From Candidatus Parvarchaeota archaeon (GTDB taxonomy: Archaea; Nanobdellota; Nanobdellia; WJKC01), in contig JAUWZX010000001.1 in assembly GCA_030615175.1 (NCBI GenBank), forward strand, positions 460,044-524,043: a stretch of DNA of 64,000 nucleotides, given 5' to 3'. Numbering within the stretch: position 1 is the stretch's first letter; the number at the start of each line of letters is the position of its first letter. Below are positions 19,228 to 28,822 of this stretch, in pieces. Below the pieces are notes generated by a model, which was given only the letters and a program-made list of their open reading frames with translations, ran no database searches and was not told the origin of the DNA. The translations under genes were made by a program, and so were the position numbers.

Positions 19228-19308
19228 TATAAGGAATTAAGGATTCAGTAATTATATAGATATCTTAATAGAAAATTTTTTAAATAGAATTTATAATAAA
19301 ATTTCTGT

Positions 19309-20184
19309 ATGTATGGTGATGTTGCTGATTTAGGAAGTTATTGTATGAACTTGAAGAGTAATGTGTGTGCTAGCATTGATGAGGTAATTGAATTAACAAT
19401 GAATGATTCAAGTATTTCAGATAAAAGTAGTGTATGTTGGTTGGAGGATAATAAGAAGGGTTTGCGGGATGCATTGAGTAAGGCTAAGCAGTTCTTACGC
19501 GAGGAGTATGGAATAAGGGAATATCAAAGAAAATTATTTATTGATACAAAAAAGCATAGTAAAGTAACTGCTTATTATTGTCATAAAAAGAATCGCGTTC
19601 TTATACGTGAAAAATTTTTTAAATATTATATAAAGGATTTTGAGTTAAGCGTTGGTACGTTAGTTCATGAGTTCGTGCATAAACATAATAAGTTCTGGAC
19701 TCATGATTTAACTTCAAGTTTTTCTAATTATACAAAGATGATGGGTGATAAGATTTACAAAAGCAATTATAAAAATGTAGCCTTTAAAAACTGGTTGGCG
19801 AAAAAGTTTTATAATAAATTTTTAAATAAAATGTATTGGTATAAAAATCCTCTTGGCCTTATCTATAAAAAACCCAGGTTTTCTATGGATTTGGAGAAGA
19901 AAATAGCTAAGGAAAATAAAGAAGTGTTTAAATTATTAAGTAATTATCAGTCTGCTTGGTTAATCAGGGAATACTTAAGTGAGCAGCCATCAATTATTGC
20001 AAAAATTGATTATTATTCTAAAGCAAAGGGCATTAGTATGGAAGAGGCATTAAAGAAATGTTATGGCGATAAAATTTATATTAATTATTGTACTGATCTT
20101 GATCCTTCACTTATCATGAGAGAGCCTGACTTGCGTTACTTTAAGAAATTGCTTGAAAAAGGTAAGAAGTTAATCGCCAAATAA
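19309..20184 (+). CDS. Putative zincin-type metalloprotease
   Basis: TAYY...TLVHEFVH (HExxH) with a downstream Glu (LSEQP). Confidence 0.6.
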   Translation: MYGDVADLGSYCMNLKSNVCASIDEVIELTMNDSSISDKSSVCWLEDNKKGLRDALSKAKQFLREEYGIREYQRKLFIDTKKHSKVTAYYCHKKNRVLIREKFFKYYIKDFELSVGTLVHEFVHKHNKFWTHDLTSSFSNYTKMMGDKIYKSNYKNVAFKNWLAKKFYNKFLNKMYWYKNPLGLIYKKPRFSMDLEKKIAKENKEVFKLLSNYQSAWLIREYLSEQPSIIAKIDYYSKAKGISMEEALKKCYGDKIYINYCTDLDPSLIMREPDLRYFKKLLEKGKKLIAK

Positions 20185-20214
20185 GAAATTATTTAATATT
20201 TAACTAATCAAGGA

Positions 20215-20682
20215 TCAACTCTTACGTTTCTTGTCGTCGGGTATAAATCCTGTTTCATATGGTATCTCAATGGCTTTACCGTTGATAACGTCAAAGCATT
20301 TCATGTCAAGATTATTATAATTGATGAATGTCATGAATGATGGTTGATAAATTTTTCTAAAATCTTCTTGACTCTTAATGTCAATTTCGCTTGGGTTATT
20401 TATGGGGTGGGTGTGGAACCAGCTTAGTATTCTTAAACACGTATCAGGTAATAATCTTTGCTTTTGTTTATACGATTTAATAAAGTAATCAGCATTAGGT
20501 TCTACTCTAGTATTGGTTTGAACTGCTTGTGAGTCATATATTAAGTCATAGATGTAAGCGTTATTAGAGTCGTGTTTTCCAAGCAGCCAGGCATACTGTT
20601 CTTTAGGCTTCTTATTCCATGCTAAATCTTTTAGTATCTTCACAAGCCTTGAGTCAAAGATTGCTTTATTTATTTTAATCAT
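20215..20682 (-). CDS. JAB/MPN (JAMM) domain metalloprotease
   Basis: N-terminal E (KEQYAWLLG) plus WFHTHP-x3-PS-x2-D. Confidence 0.88.
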   Translation of the reverse strand: MIKINKAIFDSRLVKILKDLAWNKKPKEQYAWLLGKHDSNNAYIYDLIYDSQAVQTNTRVEPNADYFIKSYKQKQRLLPDTCLRILSWFHTHPINNPSEIDIKSQEDFRKIYQPSFMTFINYNNLDMKCFDVINGKAIEIPYETGFIPDDKKRKS

Positions 20683-20747
20683 AAAATAATTTTTAATCTA
20701 ATTCTTTTAAAAACTTTTCTAACAAAAATATTATTGATTCTTACTAA

Positions 20748-21128
20748 TTATTTGTAGTATTCTTTAATAATTTTTTTTGCTATTCTTGAAAATGATTTGT
20801 AACTGTCAACTTCTTTGATTGGATTCACTTCTTGTGTTATATAGTCATGTCCTTGTTCAGTTAATTTATAACATCCATCACCAGTCTCATTTAATATGTT
20901 AAAGATTCGGAGTTCTTGAACCCTAAAGTCTAATTCTGGCGTCATGTAACCATTAAGTCCATAAACCACTGGTAATAATACGAATTCACTGTTGCTTTCT
21001 TCATCAATTTTAATAATTATTTTTGATAAGTCTTCCTGACTAATGCTATTTGAATTTGCTTCAGATATCCTGCATAACAAGTCATACATTAGTAATTTCT
21101 TTGTAGGTTTTTTTAATTCTAATACCAT
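20748..21128 (-). CDS. Winged-helix protein, YwgA/Panacea(SocA)-like
   Basis: NGYMTPEL...L...YKLTEQG resembles the GPxSxEL...YxLTxxG pattern. Confidence 0.5.
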   Translation of the reverse strand: MVLELKKPTKKLLMYDLLCRISEANSNSISQEDLSKIIIKIDEESNSEFVLLPVVYGLNGYMTPELDFRVQELRIFNILNETGDGCYKLTEQGHDYITQEVNPIKEVDSYKSFSRIAKKIIKEYYK

Positions 21129-21232
21129 TGTACTTATCTAAAGGATAAAACCCTCTTTTATTATTTATTGTAATCTAGATATTAATAAAACACACTCACA
21201 AACCCTTTCAAGGGGGTTGGATGAAGTGGTTA

Positions 21233-21352
21233 CGCTGGGGGTGGGATTTGAACCCACGAGTGCAGAGCACACAGCCTTTCAAGCATTTAATGCTAAACCA
21301 TCTTTATGGGTTTTCCAGGGCTGCGCCGTGGACCGGGCTTGGCTACCCCAGC
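21233..21352 (-). tRNA. tRNA-Ser(GGA) with a 35-nt intron at position 37/38 (intron 21278-21312)
   Basis: Acceptor GCTGGGG/CCCCAGC, discriminator G, anticodon stem CAGCC/GGCTG, long variable arm GTGC-TCT-GCAC, T-loop GTTCAAATC; CCA not encoded. Confidence 0.93.
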
Positions 21353-21411
21353 ATTAAGTAAGAAGTAATTGCGAAAGTTTTTTAAATATTGCTGGAACAA
21401 TATTTAAATTA

Positions 21412-21759
21412 ATGATAGAAGAATGCCTTGAAGATTATGATAATCGTTATGTAATAACTTGCGTTGAGTTAGGCTTGAATGAAGACGAGTTATTAAAAAT
21501 TAATGATGATGACCTTGTTAAACTCATTAATAATAAAGTTTTTTTAACAGAAGTTAAAAACGGTTTCAGTATTAAGAGCCTTATTAATGATGAGAGGAAT
21601 AGGGGCCGGATAATTAAAGTAAGGCATTATGAATACATGGCAATAATTGGTTGCGGATGCAGTGTTAAGAAAGTAGTGTATAATAATTATAAAACAGAGA
21701 AGTACGTTAACGGTCAATCATATAATGATTGTGATTTAGAATTAGCAACTGACTTATAA
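21412..21759 (+). CDS. Hypothetical protein
   Basis: 115-aa ORF with upstream TTTTTAAA. Confidence 0.55.
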   Translation: MIEECLEDYDNRYVITCVELGLNEDELLKINDDDLVKLINNKVFLTEVKNGFSIKSLINDERNRGRIIKVRHYEYMAIIGCGCSVKKVVYNNYKTEKYVNGQSYNDCDLELATDL

Positions 21760-22905
21760 TTCCTCTTCATCATCCTTATGCTTCTTAACCTCGAACTTCC
21801 ATCCATACTTAAGCGTTTTAGTTGCTTTACTAACATATTCTTTAGCGTATTCACTGACTTTATTCATGATTACTTCAGGATTAATCTGCCTTTGGCTTAT
21901 GCGCCTGAAGTGAGGGCTTGAGACGTAAGCAATTAAGATGAAGAAAATCATTATTGAACCAAAACCAAAGGCAATGTCATGATATAATGAGAATAACTGT
22001 CCAAGACCTGTTCGCAGGGTAATCTGTATTGCCAGCAGGTGGTAACTAAGCATGAAGCCGAGCATTATTTGAATGAGGCTGTCCCAGTAATAAATGCTGT
22101 GCTTGCGTCCTGCGATTAAGCCGGTAATGCCTTGAGCAGACATTATTGTTATTAAGATTATTATGAAGACGTCAATTATTAAGAATCCGGTCGCTCCTTC
22201 AGCGCCCCTGACAAAGAGGTGGTATAGTAATGTTAAGAAGAATATTGATAATATGCTTGCAATTAATGAATCATTATATGCTTTCCTTAAAATGAATATT
22301 GTATATAGAATGATGAATGCCGTGAGCATGGATAATATTTCAATTATGTATAATTCTCCTGTGAATAAATCATAAGTAAACCATATGGTGACTCCAATGG
22401 CGGCGAGAATAATTATTGGCTGGAAGAAAATCCTGCCCGGTTCATCGCCAAGGCTTATAACCCATCCAGGCCATGAAACAATGAAGTCCCTTATCCCTAA
22501 AAACATTGCAATATTAAGCGTTATTATCCATGAGTAAAAGCCTGCATAAATGAATACTGTTCCAATAATTAATGAAAAGTCAGTGGTGAAGTAAAAGAAG
22601 AAGAATAAGCCGCAGACCAGGAACGCGTAGAGTATGTGCTCTTCCTTTAATACGTTAGTTTTCAAAGTGTAAATGCCAATAAGTACTAAACTAACGCATA
22701 TTGCTAATTCAAGGTCGAATAATATTTTATAAATATCCAGTGTTTCAGCGTAGTTCACTTGGATGAGGGCTGCTAATGTTAGTGCGGCGCTGATTATTAT
22801 CACGCTTGTAATGTACGTGATAAACCTCTTATTGCTTAATATTATTAATCCGCCAACAAGCAGTTTTTTAATGTAGTCATAAAATATGTTTTCAACATAA
22901 CTCAT
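21754..22905 (-). CDS. Hypothetical polytopic membrane protein
   Basis: About 10 hydrophobic segments. Confidence 0.75.
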   Translation of the reverse strand: MSYVENIFYDYIKKLLVGGLIILSNKRFITYITSVIIISAALTLAALIQVNYAETLDIYKILFDLELAICVSLVLIGIYTLKTNVLKEEHILYAFLVCGLFFFFYFTTDFSLIIGTVFIYAGFYSWIITLNIAMFLGIRDFIVSWPGWVISLGDEPGRIFFQPIIILAAIGVTIWFTYDLFTGELYIIEILSMLTAFIILYTIFILRKAYNDSLIASILSIFFLTLLYHLFVRGAEGATGFLIIDVFIIILITIMSAQGITGLIAGRKHSIYYWDSLIQIMLGFMLSYHLLAIQITLRTGLGQLFSLYHDIAFGFGSIMIFFILIAYVSSPHFRRISQRQINPEVIMNKVSEYAKEYVSKATKTLKYGWKFEVKKHKDDEEEL

Positions 22906-22944
22906 ACTAATTAATGGTAAGGGAAAGGATTAATAAAAGCGTAA

Positions 22945-23964
22945 CTAAAGTTCATCTTTGTAGTATTTTTTCCATTTTAAGTCATGGTTAGTGAAGTCTA
23001 TTGGTTTATCTTTAATGTAAGGCAGTATTTCGAATAAACCGAAGTTTTTTATGTCATCTACTTTAGGTATTCTTGATTTTAGTAATATTTCTCCGTAACG
23101 AGTTGCTTCCAAGTCAGTTAGTAATGAGATTGCGATTACTGGATGCACTCCTAAATCCTCTTTTAAGAAGAAGTTATATAAACCATGTATTATTTTTTCC
23201 TGCAGTTCAAAGTTAACTTTGTCATAGAATTCGTCAAATAAGAATCCTCTTAATTCAGCGAAGTCCTGGAACACGTTTCCTTCACTGAATTCAACCATTC
23301 CTTTTTCCTTGCTCTCATTAATTAGTGATTTTAGTACTTTAATTACTCTATGCCGTTGATTTCTTCCCAAGTTAAAAGCGCATTTAGGAATTTTATCTAA
23401 GTAACCGTACCTTATAGCATCATTAAGGTCTGATAGAGTGTAGGATATTTTATCAGAGTATAATACTGCAGCGTACTCTTCGCATATCATTTCATCGCAA
23501 CGTTTTAATTCTCCTCTCTCTATTGAGTGATTAAGCATTCCTTCAAGTGTTTCATGAGTTAAGTTTAAGCCCTTGCCTTCCCTTTCAATGTGCTGTGCTA
23601 TTACTACGCCGTAAACATTGTGTTTGAATTCCTTGCCACTGAGTTCTGATAGTACTTTCTGACCCCCATGCCCGTAAGGCGCGTGCCCGATATCATGACC
23701 TGCTGCTATTGCCATGCAGAGGTTAGTGTTTAATCCTAAATTTTCAGCTATTATTACGGAGTTAGTGATTACTTCATTAGTATGCACTGCCCTAGTTCTA
23801 ACGTGAGGATTGTCAGGTGAGCATAGTACTTGGGTTTTATCCGATAATCGTCTTATGGCTTTTGAATTCAGTATTTTATTATAGTCATTCATGAATGAAT
23901 TCTTAATTAATGTATCCTCTTTTTCCTTGTAGCGCCTGCCTATTGATTCATTACATGCTTTCAT
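22945..23964 (-). CDS. dgt: dNTP triphosphohydrolase (dGTPase-like, HD domain)
   Basis: RRLSDKTQV, RTRAVHTNEV, HDIGHAPYGHGG, FKHN, GLNLT, SDKISY. Confidence 0.9.
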   Translation of the reverse strand: MKACNESIGRRYKEKEDTLIKNSFMNDYNKILNSKAIRRLSDKTQVLCSPDNPHVRTRAVHTNEVITNSVIIAENLGLNTNLCMAIAAGHDIGHAPYGHGGQKVLSELSGKEFKHNVYGVVIAQHIEREGKGLNLTHETLEGMLNHSIERGELKRCDEMICEEYAAVLYSDKISYTLSDLNDAIRYGYLDKIPKCAFNLGRNQRHRVIKVLKSLINESKEKGMVEFSEGNVFQDFAELRGFLFDEFYDKVNFELQEKIIHGLYNFFLKEDLGVHPVIAISLLTDLEATRYGEILLKSRIPKVDDIKNFGLFEILPYIKDKPIDFTNHDLKWKKYYKDEL

Positions 23965-24034
23965 TTGCTTCTTTTTAATTGCTCTTCTCCTTTAAATACA
24001 TTTATTAATTTATAATCATTTCTTTGAATTATTA

Positions 24035-24367
24035 ATGAAGTTTAAGTTATTTAAGAAGGATGAGAAACTCATTGATGAATTAGCAAAGACTGATGCTGTG
24101 AGGGAGCTTGCCAGAGTTTTTCTTGCTTACTTAACTGTTGAGGAATTAGCTCAATTCATTGCTTCGTTTATTTTAGTGAAGGCTAAGGGCGGTGATGAGA
24201 GTGATGCGGTTAATTACTTTTTGAAGGATCAGTTTCTTTCTTTATTGAAGACTTTTACTCTTTCAATGGCTGACTTCCTGCCTGACATGATTACTGATGT
24301 GGATTTCATGAGGATTGTGGCAAAGCTTTATGGCGACAGGTTCAGCATTAAAAACTTATTCAAATAG
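24035..24367 (+). CDS. Hypothetical protein
   Basis: 110-aa ORF with host-like codon usage. Confidence 0.6.
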   Translation: MKFKLFKKDEKLIDELAKTDAVRELARVFLAYLTVEELAQFIASFILVKAKGGDESDAVNYFLKDQFLSLLKTFTLSMADFLPDMITDVDFMRIVAKLYGDRFSIKNLFK

Positions 24368-24476
24368 AAAGAGTGCATAAGTGATTATAAAGTAGAGTTC
24401 AGGCAGAAATTACTGGACTCGAGCGCGAAGGCTTAATGAAAAATTTTTTTAAGAGTCTAAATCTAATATCATAATA

Positions 24477-25556
24477 ATGAAACCAAAACCTTTAGTTTTC
24501 GGAATTTTAGTGCTGGCAGTTACTGGAATCATTTTTATTAACTGGTGTGCTCAGCAGGAATCACTGCCAGCTACAGTGCAGTATAGGGGTATTTGGATGC
24601 CTGGCATGTTACTTATTCCAGATTACCTGGCTTCTAATATGCAGAAGCTGAAGGATGTTGGAATAAATGCGGTTTTCTTTGCAGGTTTGCCTGCCCTTCC
24701 CGAGTCATACTTTGAAAAACTGCCCCTTCCTCCCGAGACGCTTGAAAAAATTAAAGAACTTCTTCCGATTGAAAAAGAGCTTTTAATCGCTGATATCCAA
24801 ACTGCTCACAGAAATGGTTTGAAAGTTGTATTAACTATTGGGATTGACCCCAAACCTGAGATGGAGGAGATAGATTTAGAGGCTTGGAACTCCAAAATCG
24901 TTGAATACGCCAGATTAGCAGAAGAATATGATGTTGAACTCTTCGCTCCCATGGCTGAGCCAGGAGGATTATTTGCCGAAAAGGATATCGGAAAGTGGGG
25001 GCAGGAGATTCTTCTCAGGGTAAAAGAGGTTTATCATGGTGAAGTCGTTTGGATGGGATGTGGGCCTGGCGGGGAAACACGGTCTGAAGAGTTCCTAAGG
25101 GGATTATCTGAAGCGCCGCCAGGGGATTACGCGGGATATGATTACATAGGGTTCGGCCTTAATTTAGTACCTGAGATGGCGTTAGAAGAGTTTCCACAAT
25201 ATATTGACAATTGTATAAAATATAAGCTTGCTCAGGCTGAAAGAGATAACTGCACTGGAATCATGGTTACTGAATTTAGTGTGTTCTTACCTAAACAGCG
25301 GAGCGAAGAAGATGTTGCGAGGGCCCATGAAATGGTGCTTGAGAAGGTAAAGGATTATGATAATGTTTTTGGAGTTTTTGTTGCAAATTTTCTTGGAGGA
25401 CAAATTGAAGGATTGCCTCTTATTGAAGAGGACGTGAAGACAGGAGAAGTGATTAGGAGATGGTTCAAAGTTTTCCCAAGTGGAATCATTATCGCACTGT
25501 TTGTTATACTGGCCGTGGTTGGAGTGATTGTCTGGTATAAAAAGTTTTATAAATGA
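24477..25556 (+). CDS. Membrane-anchored TIM-barrel glycoside hydrolase-like protein (clan GH-A, GH113-like)
   Basis: AHRNGLKVVL, YARLAEEYDVELF, AEP and VTEF glutamates; N- and C-terminal TM helices. Confidence 0.65.
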   Translation: MKPKPLVFGILVLAVTGIIFINWCAQQESLPATVQYRGIWMPGMLLIPDYLASNMQKLKDVGINAVFFAGLPALPESYFEKLPLPPETLEKIKELLPIEKELLIADIQTAHRNGLKVVLTIGIDPKPEMEEIDLEAWNSKIVEYARLAEEYDVELFAPMAEPGGLFAEKDIGKWGQEILLRVKEVYHGEVVWMGCGPGGETRSEEFLRGLSEAPPGDYAGYDYIGFGLNLVPEMALEEFPQYIDNCIKYKLAQAERDNCTGIMVTEFSVFLPKQRSEEDVARAHEMVLEKVKDYDNVFGVFVANFLGGQIEGLPLIEEDVKTGEVIRRWFKVFPSGIIIALFVILAVVGVIVWYKKFYK

Positions 25557-25692
25557 CACTTTTTTATTTTCCTAATAAGCCTTTAGTGTTTTAATAGGTA
25601 ATTCGTGGATTAAAAATTTATTCAAATAGAAGGATTGCTTTATTGTAGTGATATATAGAAAAGAATTTAAGGATTAACTTCTGTATTAAAAG

Positions 25693-26616
25693 GTGGAGAG
25701 TAATTTAATGGTGGAGTTTTATGCATTATCAAAAGATGAGCAAATAAAACATATTGCTAAGCAATTAACACCTGAAATTTTAGGAAGCGTATTAGACCAT
25801 ACTTATTTAAAGCCAATAGGGACGAGAGCGGATATAGTGAAACTATGCAGGGAAGCTGTTGAAATCGGTTCTCAGATTTGTATTCATGGAAGCAGGATTG
25901 AAGAGGCTTTTTATGAATTAAAATTATTAAAAGCCGAGGATAAAGTTGATATTGCTGCTGTCATAGGATTCCCTTTAGGTAATGCTCCTTCTGAAAGCAA
26001 GGCAGCAGAAGCCATTGATGTTATTAGAAGAGGAGCTAAAGAAGTGGATATGGTTATTAATGTTGGCTATCTTCATGACATTGGTTTCTATAAAACGAAT
26101 GATGGAAGAAGCAAGCCATTGGAAAGTCTGGTTAAAACAGAATTTGAGAATGACGTGAAGGGTGTTATAGAAGCAGTTGCTGAATATCAGGAGAAGCTTG
26201 AAAAGCCCTTGATAGTTAAAGTTATTCAAGAAAACTGTTATTTAAATCAGGAGGAAAAAGCACTGGCTGCTGCAACAACGGCTAAGTTAGGAATGGCATA
26301 CAAGGTTCATGTGTTTGCTAAAACTTCTACAGGATTCGGAACTCCTAACGAAGGAATTCCTAAAGGAGCAACTGTTGAAGATGTGGGATTAATGAGAAAA
26401 ACTATTGGAGAATATGATGAGTTGACAAATAAGGTTGGAATCAAACCAGCTGGCGGAGTGAGGGATGCTAAGGCATCTATAGAAATGATGATTGCAGCTG
26501 GTTGTGCTGATAAAAATGGAAACTTGAAATCAAAACTAAGAGATATGTTTAGAATAGGAACTTCTTCAGGGAAATCAATAGTTAATGATTTTAAAAGTTT
26601 CCAAGAGAAAATATAA
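25693..26616 (+). CDS. deoC: Deoxyribose-phosphate aldolase
   Basis: DHTYLKP, VIGFPLG, EVDMVIN, KTSTGF, GIKPAGGVR, RIGTSS. Confidence 0.95.
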   Translation: MESNLMVEFYALSKDEQIKHIAKQLTPEILGSVLDHTYLKPIGTRADIVKLCREAVEIGSQICIHGSRIEEAFYELKLLKAEDKVDIAAVIGFPLGNAPSESKAAEAIDVIRRGAKEVDMVINVGYLHDIGFYKTNDGRSKPLESLVKTEFENDVKGVIEAVAEYQEKLEKPLIVKVIQENCYLNQEEKALAAATTAKLGMAYKVHVFAKTSTGFGTPNEGIPKGATVEDVGLMRKTIGEYDELTNKVGIKPAGGVRDAKASIEMMIAAGCADKNGNLKSKLRDMFRIGTSSGKSIVNDFKSFQEKI

Positions 26617-26697
26617 AAGCAATGATTATATTCTTTAAATTTAAGTAAAAACTTATTTAAGTAAGATTTGAGTTATTATTCTAAAGGTGATTTAATA

Positions 26698-26883
26698 ATG
26701 GCTGAAGAGAAAAAAATTGATGTTACTCAAGAAACGATTGCAGAACTTGGAGAGCAGATTAAAGGCTTGCTTGAAGGAGTTAAGGCAAACATTGATGATT
26801 ACCGCTTCACTGTAACCAGTGAAATGGATGGATTAGTGGTTGAATTCTTCATTAAGGCAAGCTTTAAGAAGAAAAATAAATAA
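26698..26883 (+). CDS. Small hypothetical protein
   Basis: ATG 26698 preceded by AGGTGA SD. Confidence 0.6.
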   Translation: MAEEKKIDVTQETIAELGEQIKGLLEGVKANIDDYRFTVTSEMDGLVVEFFIKASFKKKNK

Positions 26884-26902
26884 TCTCTTATTATTATTTT
26901 TT

Positions 26903-27019
26903 TTATCTTTTATAACTCTTCTTAGGATTCTTGCCCTTAACCTTGCACCCGCCTTGCTTGCGCTTCTTCTTTTTACACCTAATCTTGCTTCCATGTCTTA
27001 ATGAAACTCCATGAGCCAT
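26903..27019 (-). CDS. Small highly basic protein (38 aa)
   Basis: Manual translation MAHGVSLRHGSKIRCKKKKRKQGGCKVKGKNPKKSYKR; AAG-rich host codons; fills the gap after the glycosyltransferase gene. Confidence 0.55.
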   Translation of the reverse strand: MAHGVSLRHGSKIRCKKKKRKQGGCKVKGKNPKKSYKR

Positions 27020-27034
27020 GAATAATTAGTTATT

Positions 27035-28165
27035 TTACATGTTTATTAATACTTTTGCACACTCAGAAGCGCCCTGACCCTTGAACTTTGACCTATTAAT
27101 CCTGTTCTCATAATAATCCTTGTTCTCAATGAATTCATTAATCTTCCTTAATAATCTTTTGCTATTAATTAGTCTGTCAATATAGTAAACGCTTCCATAA
27201 CCCTTTCTCTCAATCACGCTTGCATTCCCTAACTGCTCAACATGGTCGCGTATTGGAATTACGAAGCTTGGCTTGTTAAAAATAATGTTCTCACTAAGAG
27301 TTGAATGACCTGCCAAGCAGATAATTCCCTCAGCACACTTAAGGTATTCCAGAAAATTATTAATGAATGGGTATAATTCAAGATTCTTTATCTTATGATA
27401 TCTTCTTACTGCATTATTAGTGCTTACTATGAATTTATGATTTAATTTCTTAAGTACCGGCAGCAACCCCTTATAATACTCCTTTCCAATTCTTGCACCT
27501 CCAAAACTCACTATATAGTATTTATCCTTGATTTTTAATTTATTTCTTAACTCCTTAACTTCAGGCAGTTCAGAAGGCTTTGCCCTGGTTATTAAGTCAG
27601 TGAATACAATCTTCCTGCTTGCTTTGTATTCAGCAATCGTCGGGCTTAGTAATTTACCGCACCACTTAAGTGCTTGGTCAATGAATGCATTAATCATTGT
27701 ATGCTGCCCTGCAACTTTATTATTCTTAACTCCTACAGGCAAGTGCTTGTATTCTCCTAGAGTTAGGATTAAGTTTGACAGGAATGCGCATGGCATGTCA
27801 AGGCTTGACGCTGTGTAAAGACTTACTGGTTCACTGTCACTTACTATTAAGTCAGGTTTGAATTCATTAATTTCCTTTTTAAGATTATAGTAATCAGCTA
27901 TCATGTTAAACGGTAAGTCAATGTTCTCAAATAGTGTTTGAATCCAGCTGAAACCAGTTGTAGTATTGCCTATCTGGAAACTATTAATCCTTAATGGATT
28001 CATCTTTAATTTCCTGAAGTACTGGTAAGCGTTATTAGTTGCAGCAATCCTGACTTTAACTTCTCTGGTTTTCTTAGGTTTCATTAATTCATTAATTATT
28101 GCATGGCACCTGGTTGCATGACCTAAACCATATCCGTACACGCTGAATAAAGTCTTCTTATTCAT
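27035..28165 (-). CDS. Glycosyltransferase, GT-B (MJ1255/GT28-like)
   Basis: GYGLGHATRC, PDLIVSDSEP, AGHSTLSE, DHVEQLGNA. Confidence 0.9.
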   Translation of the reverse strand: MNKKTLFSVYGYGLGHATRCHAIINELMKPKKTREVKVRIAATNNAYQYFRKLKMNPLRINSFQIGNTTTGFSWIQTLFENIDLPFNMIADYYNLKKEINEFKPDLIVSDSEPVSLYTASSLDMPCAFLSNLILTLGEYKHLPVGVKNNKVAGQHTMINAFIDQALKWCGKLLSPTIAEYKASRKIVFTDLITRAKPSELPEVKELRNKLKIKDKYYIVSFGGARIGKEYYKGLLPVLKKLNHKFIVSTNNAVRRYHKIKNLELYPFINNFLEYLKCAEGIICLAGHSTLSENIIFNKPSFVIPIRDHVEQLGNASVIERKGYGSVYYIDRLINSKRLLRKINEFIENKDYYENRINRSKFKGQGASECAKVLINM

Positions 28166-28782
28166 AGTATTTTAAAACACTCCGCGTATTTGAAGCCGTT
28201 ACGGTAGCCGTAATAAATTGCTTTAATAATTATTAATGGTTTTAATAATTTAATGATTATGCCTTGACTCTTAATCATGTTTAATGCCTTAATTTTCTCC
28301 TTGAAAGTGTCAGTGATGTCATAAACTACTTGTATCTTGTTAGGACTTAAATTCCAGAAGTTAACGTCAAAAGTGTAGACTTGAGTGTTAATGAATGATT
28401 CTTTAACTGCTTTAAGCACTGTTTCATTAACCGCCCTGTGGTCTGGATGACTGTCAGTTCTTGTGTGAACAAACACTTTGCTAGGCTTATATTTTAATAA
28501 TATTTCCTTAACTTTTTTAACCGCGTCATCAACATTCTTCTTTAACTGCATGTCCCTGTAACCAAGCAAGTATGTTTTATTTATTCCAAGCACGTCCTTT
28601 ATTTTCTGAGTTTCTTCTTTCCTAATACTTGTTACTTTCTCATAATTCTTCCAGAATGGGTATTTATCACCCATGCTGAATATCACTGTTATTATCTTTT
28701 CTTTTTTACTTATTTTTGCTATTGTTCCTCCAAGACCTATTACTTCATCATCCGGGTGGGCTGCGAAGACTAATACTGTCAT
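28162..28782 (-). CDS. PIG-L/LmbE family deacetylase
   Basis: AHPDDEVIGLGG, HPDH. Confidence 0.93.
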   Translation of the reverse strand: MTVLVFAAHPDDEVIGLGGTIAKISKKEKIITVIFSMGDKYPFWKNYEKVTSIRKEETQKIKDVLGINKTYLLGYRDMQLKKNVDDAVKKVKEILLKYKPSKVFVHTRTDSHPDHRAVNETVLKAVKESFINTQVYTFDVNFWNLSPNKIQVVYDITDTFKEKIKALNMIKSQGIIIKLLKPLIIIKAIYYGYRNGFKYAECFKIL

Positions 28783-28822
28783 GATAATTATTAAAAAGTT
28801 CTTTTCCCTTTATATATCTTTA

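Noticed and set aside
21190..21232. Hairpin downstream of tRNA-Ser as a separate ncRNA
   Set aside because: It is a short imperfect stem followed by a T-rich tract, adequately explained as trailer or terminator.
18000..21352. Integrated virus or plasmid at tRNA-Ser
   Set aside because: I found no duplicated tRNA 3' end, integrase or viral hallmark gene.
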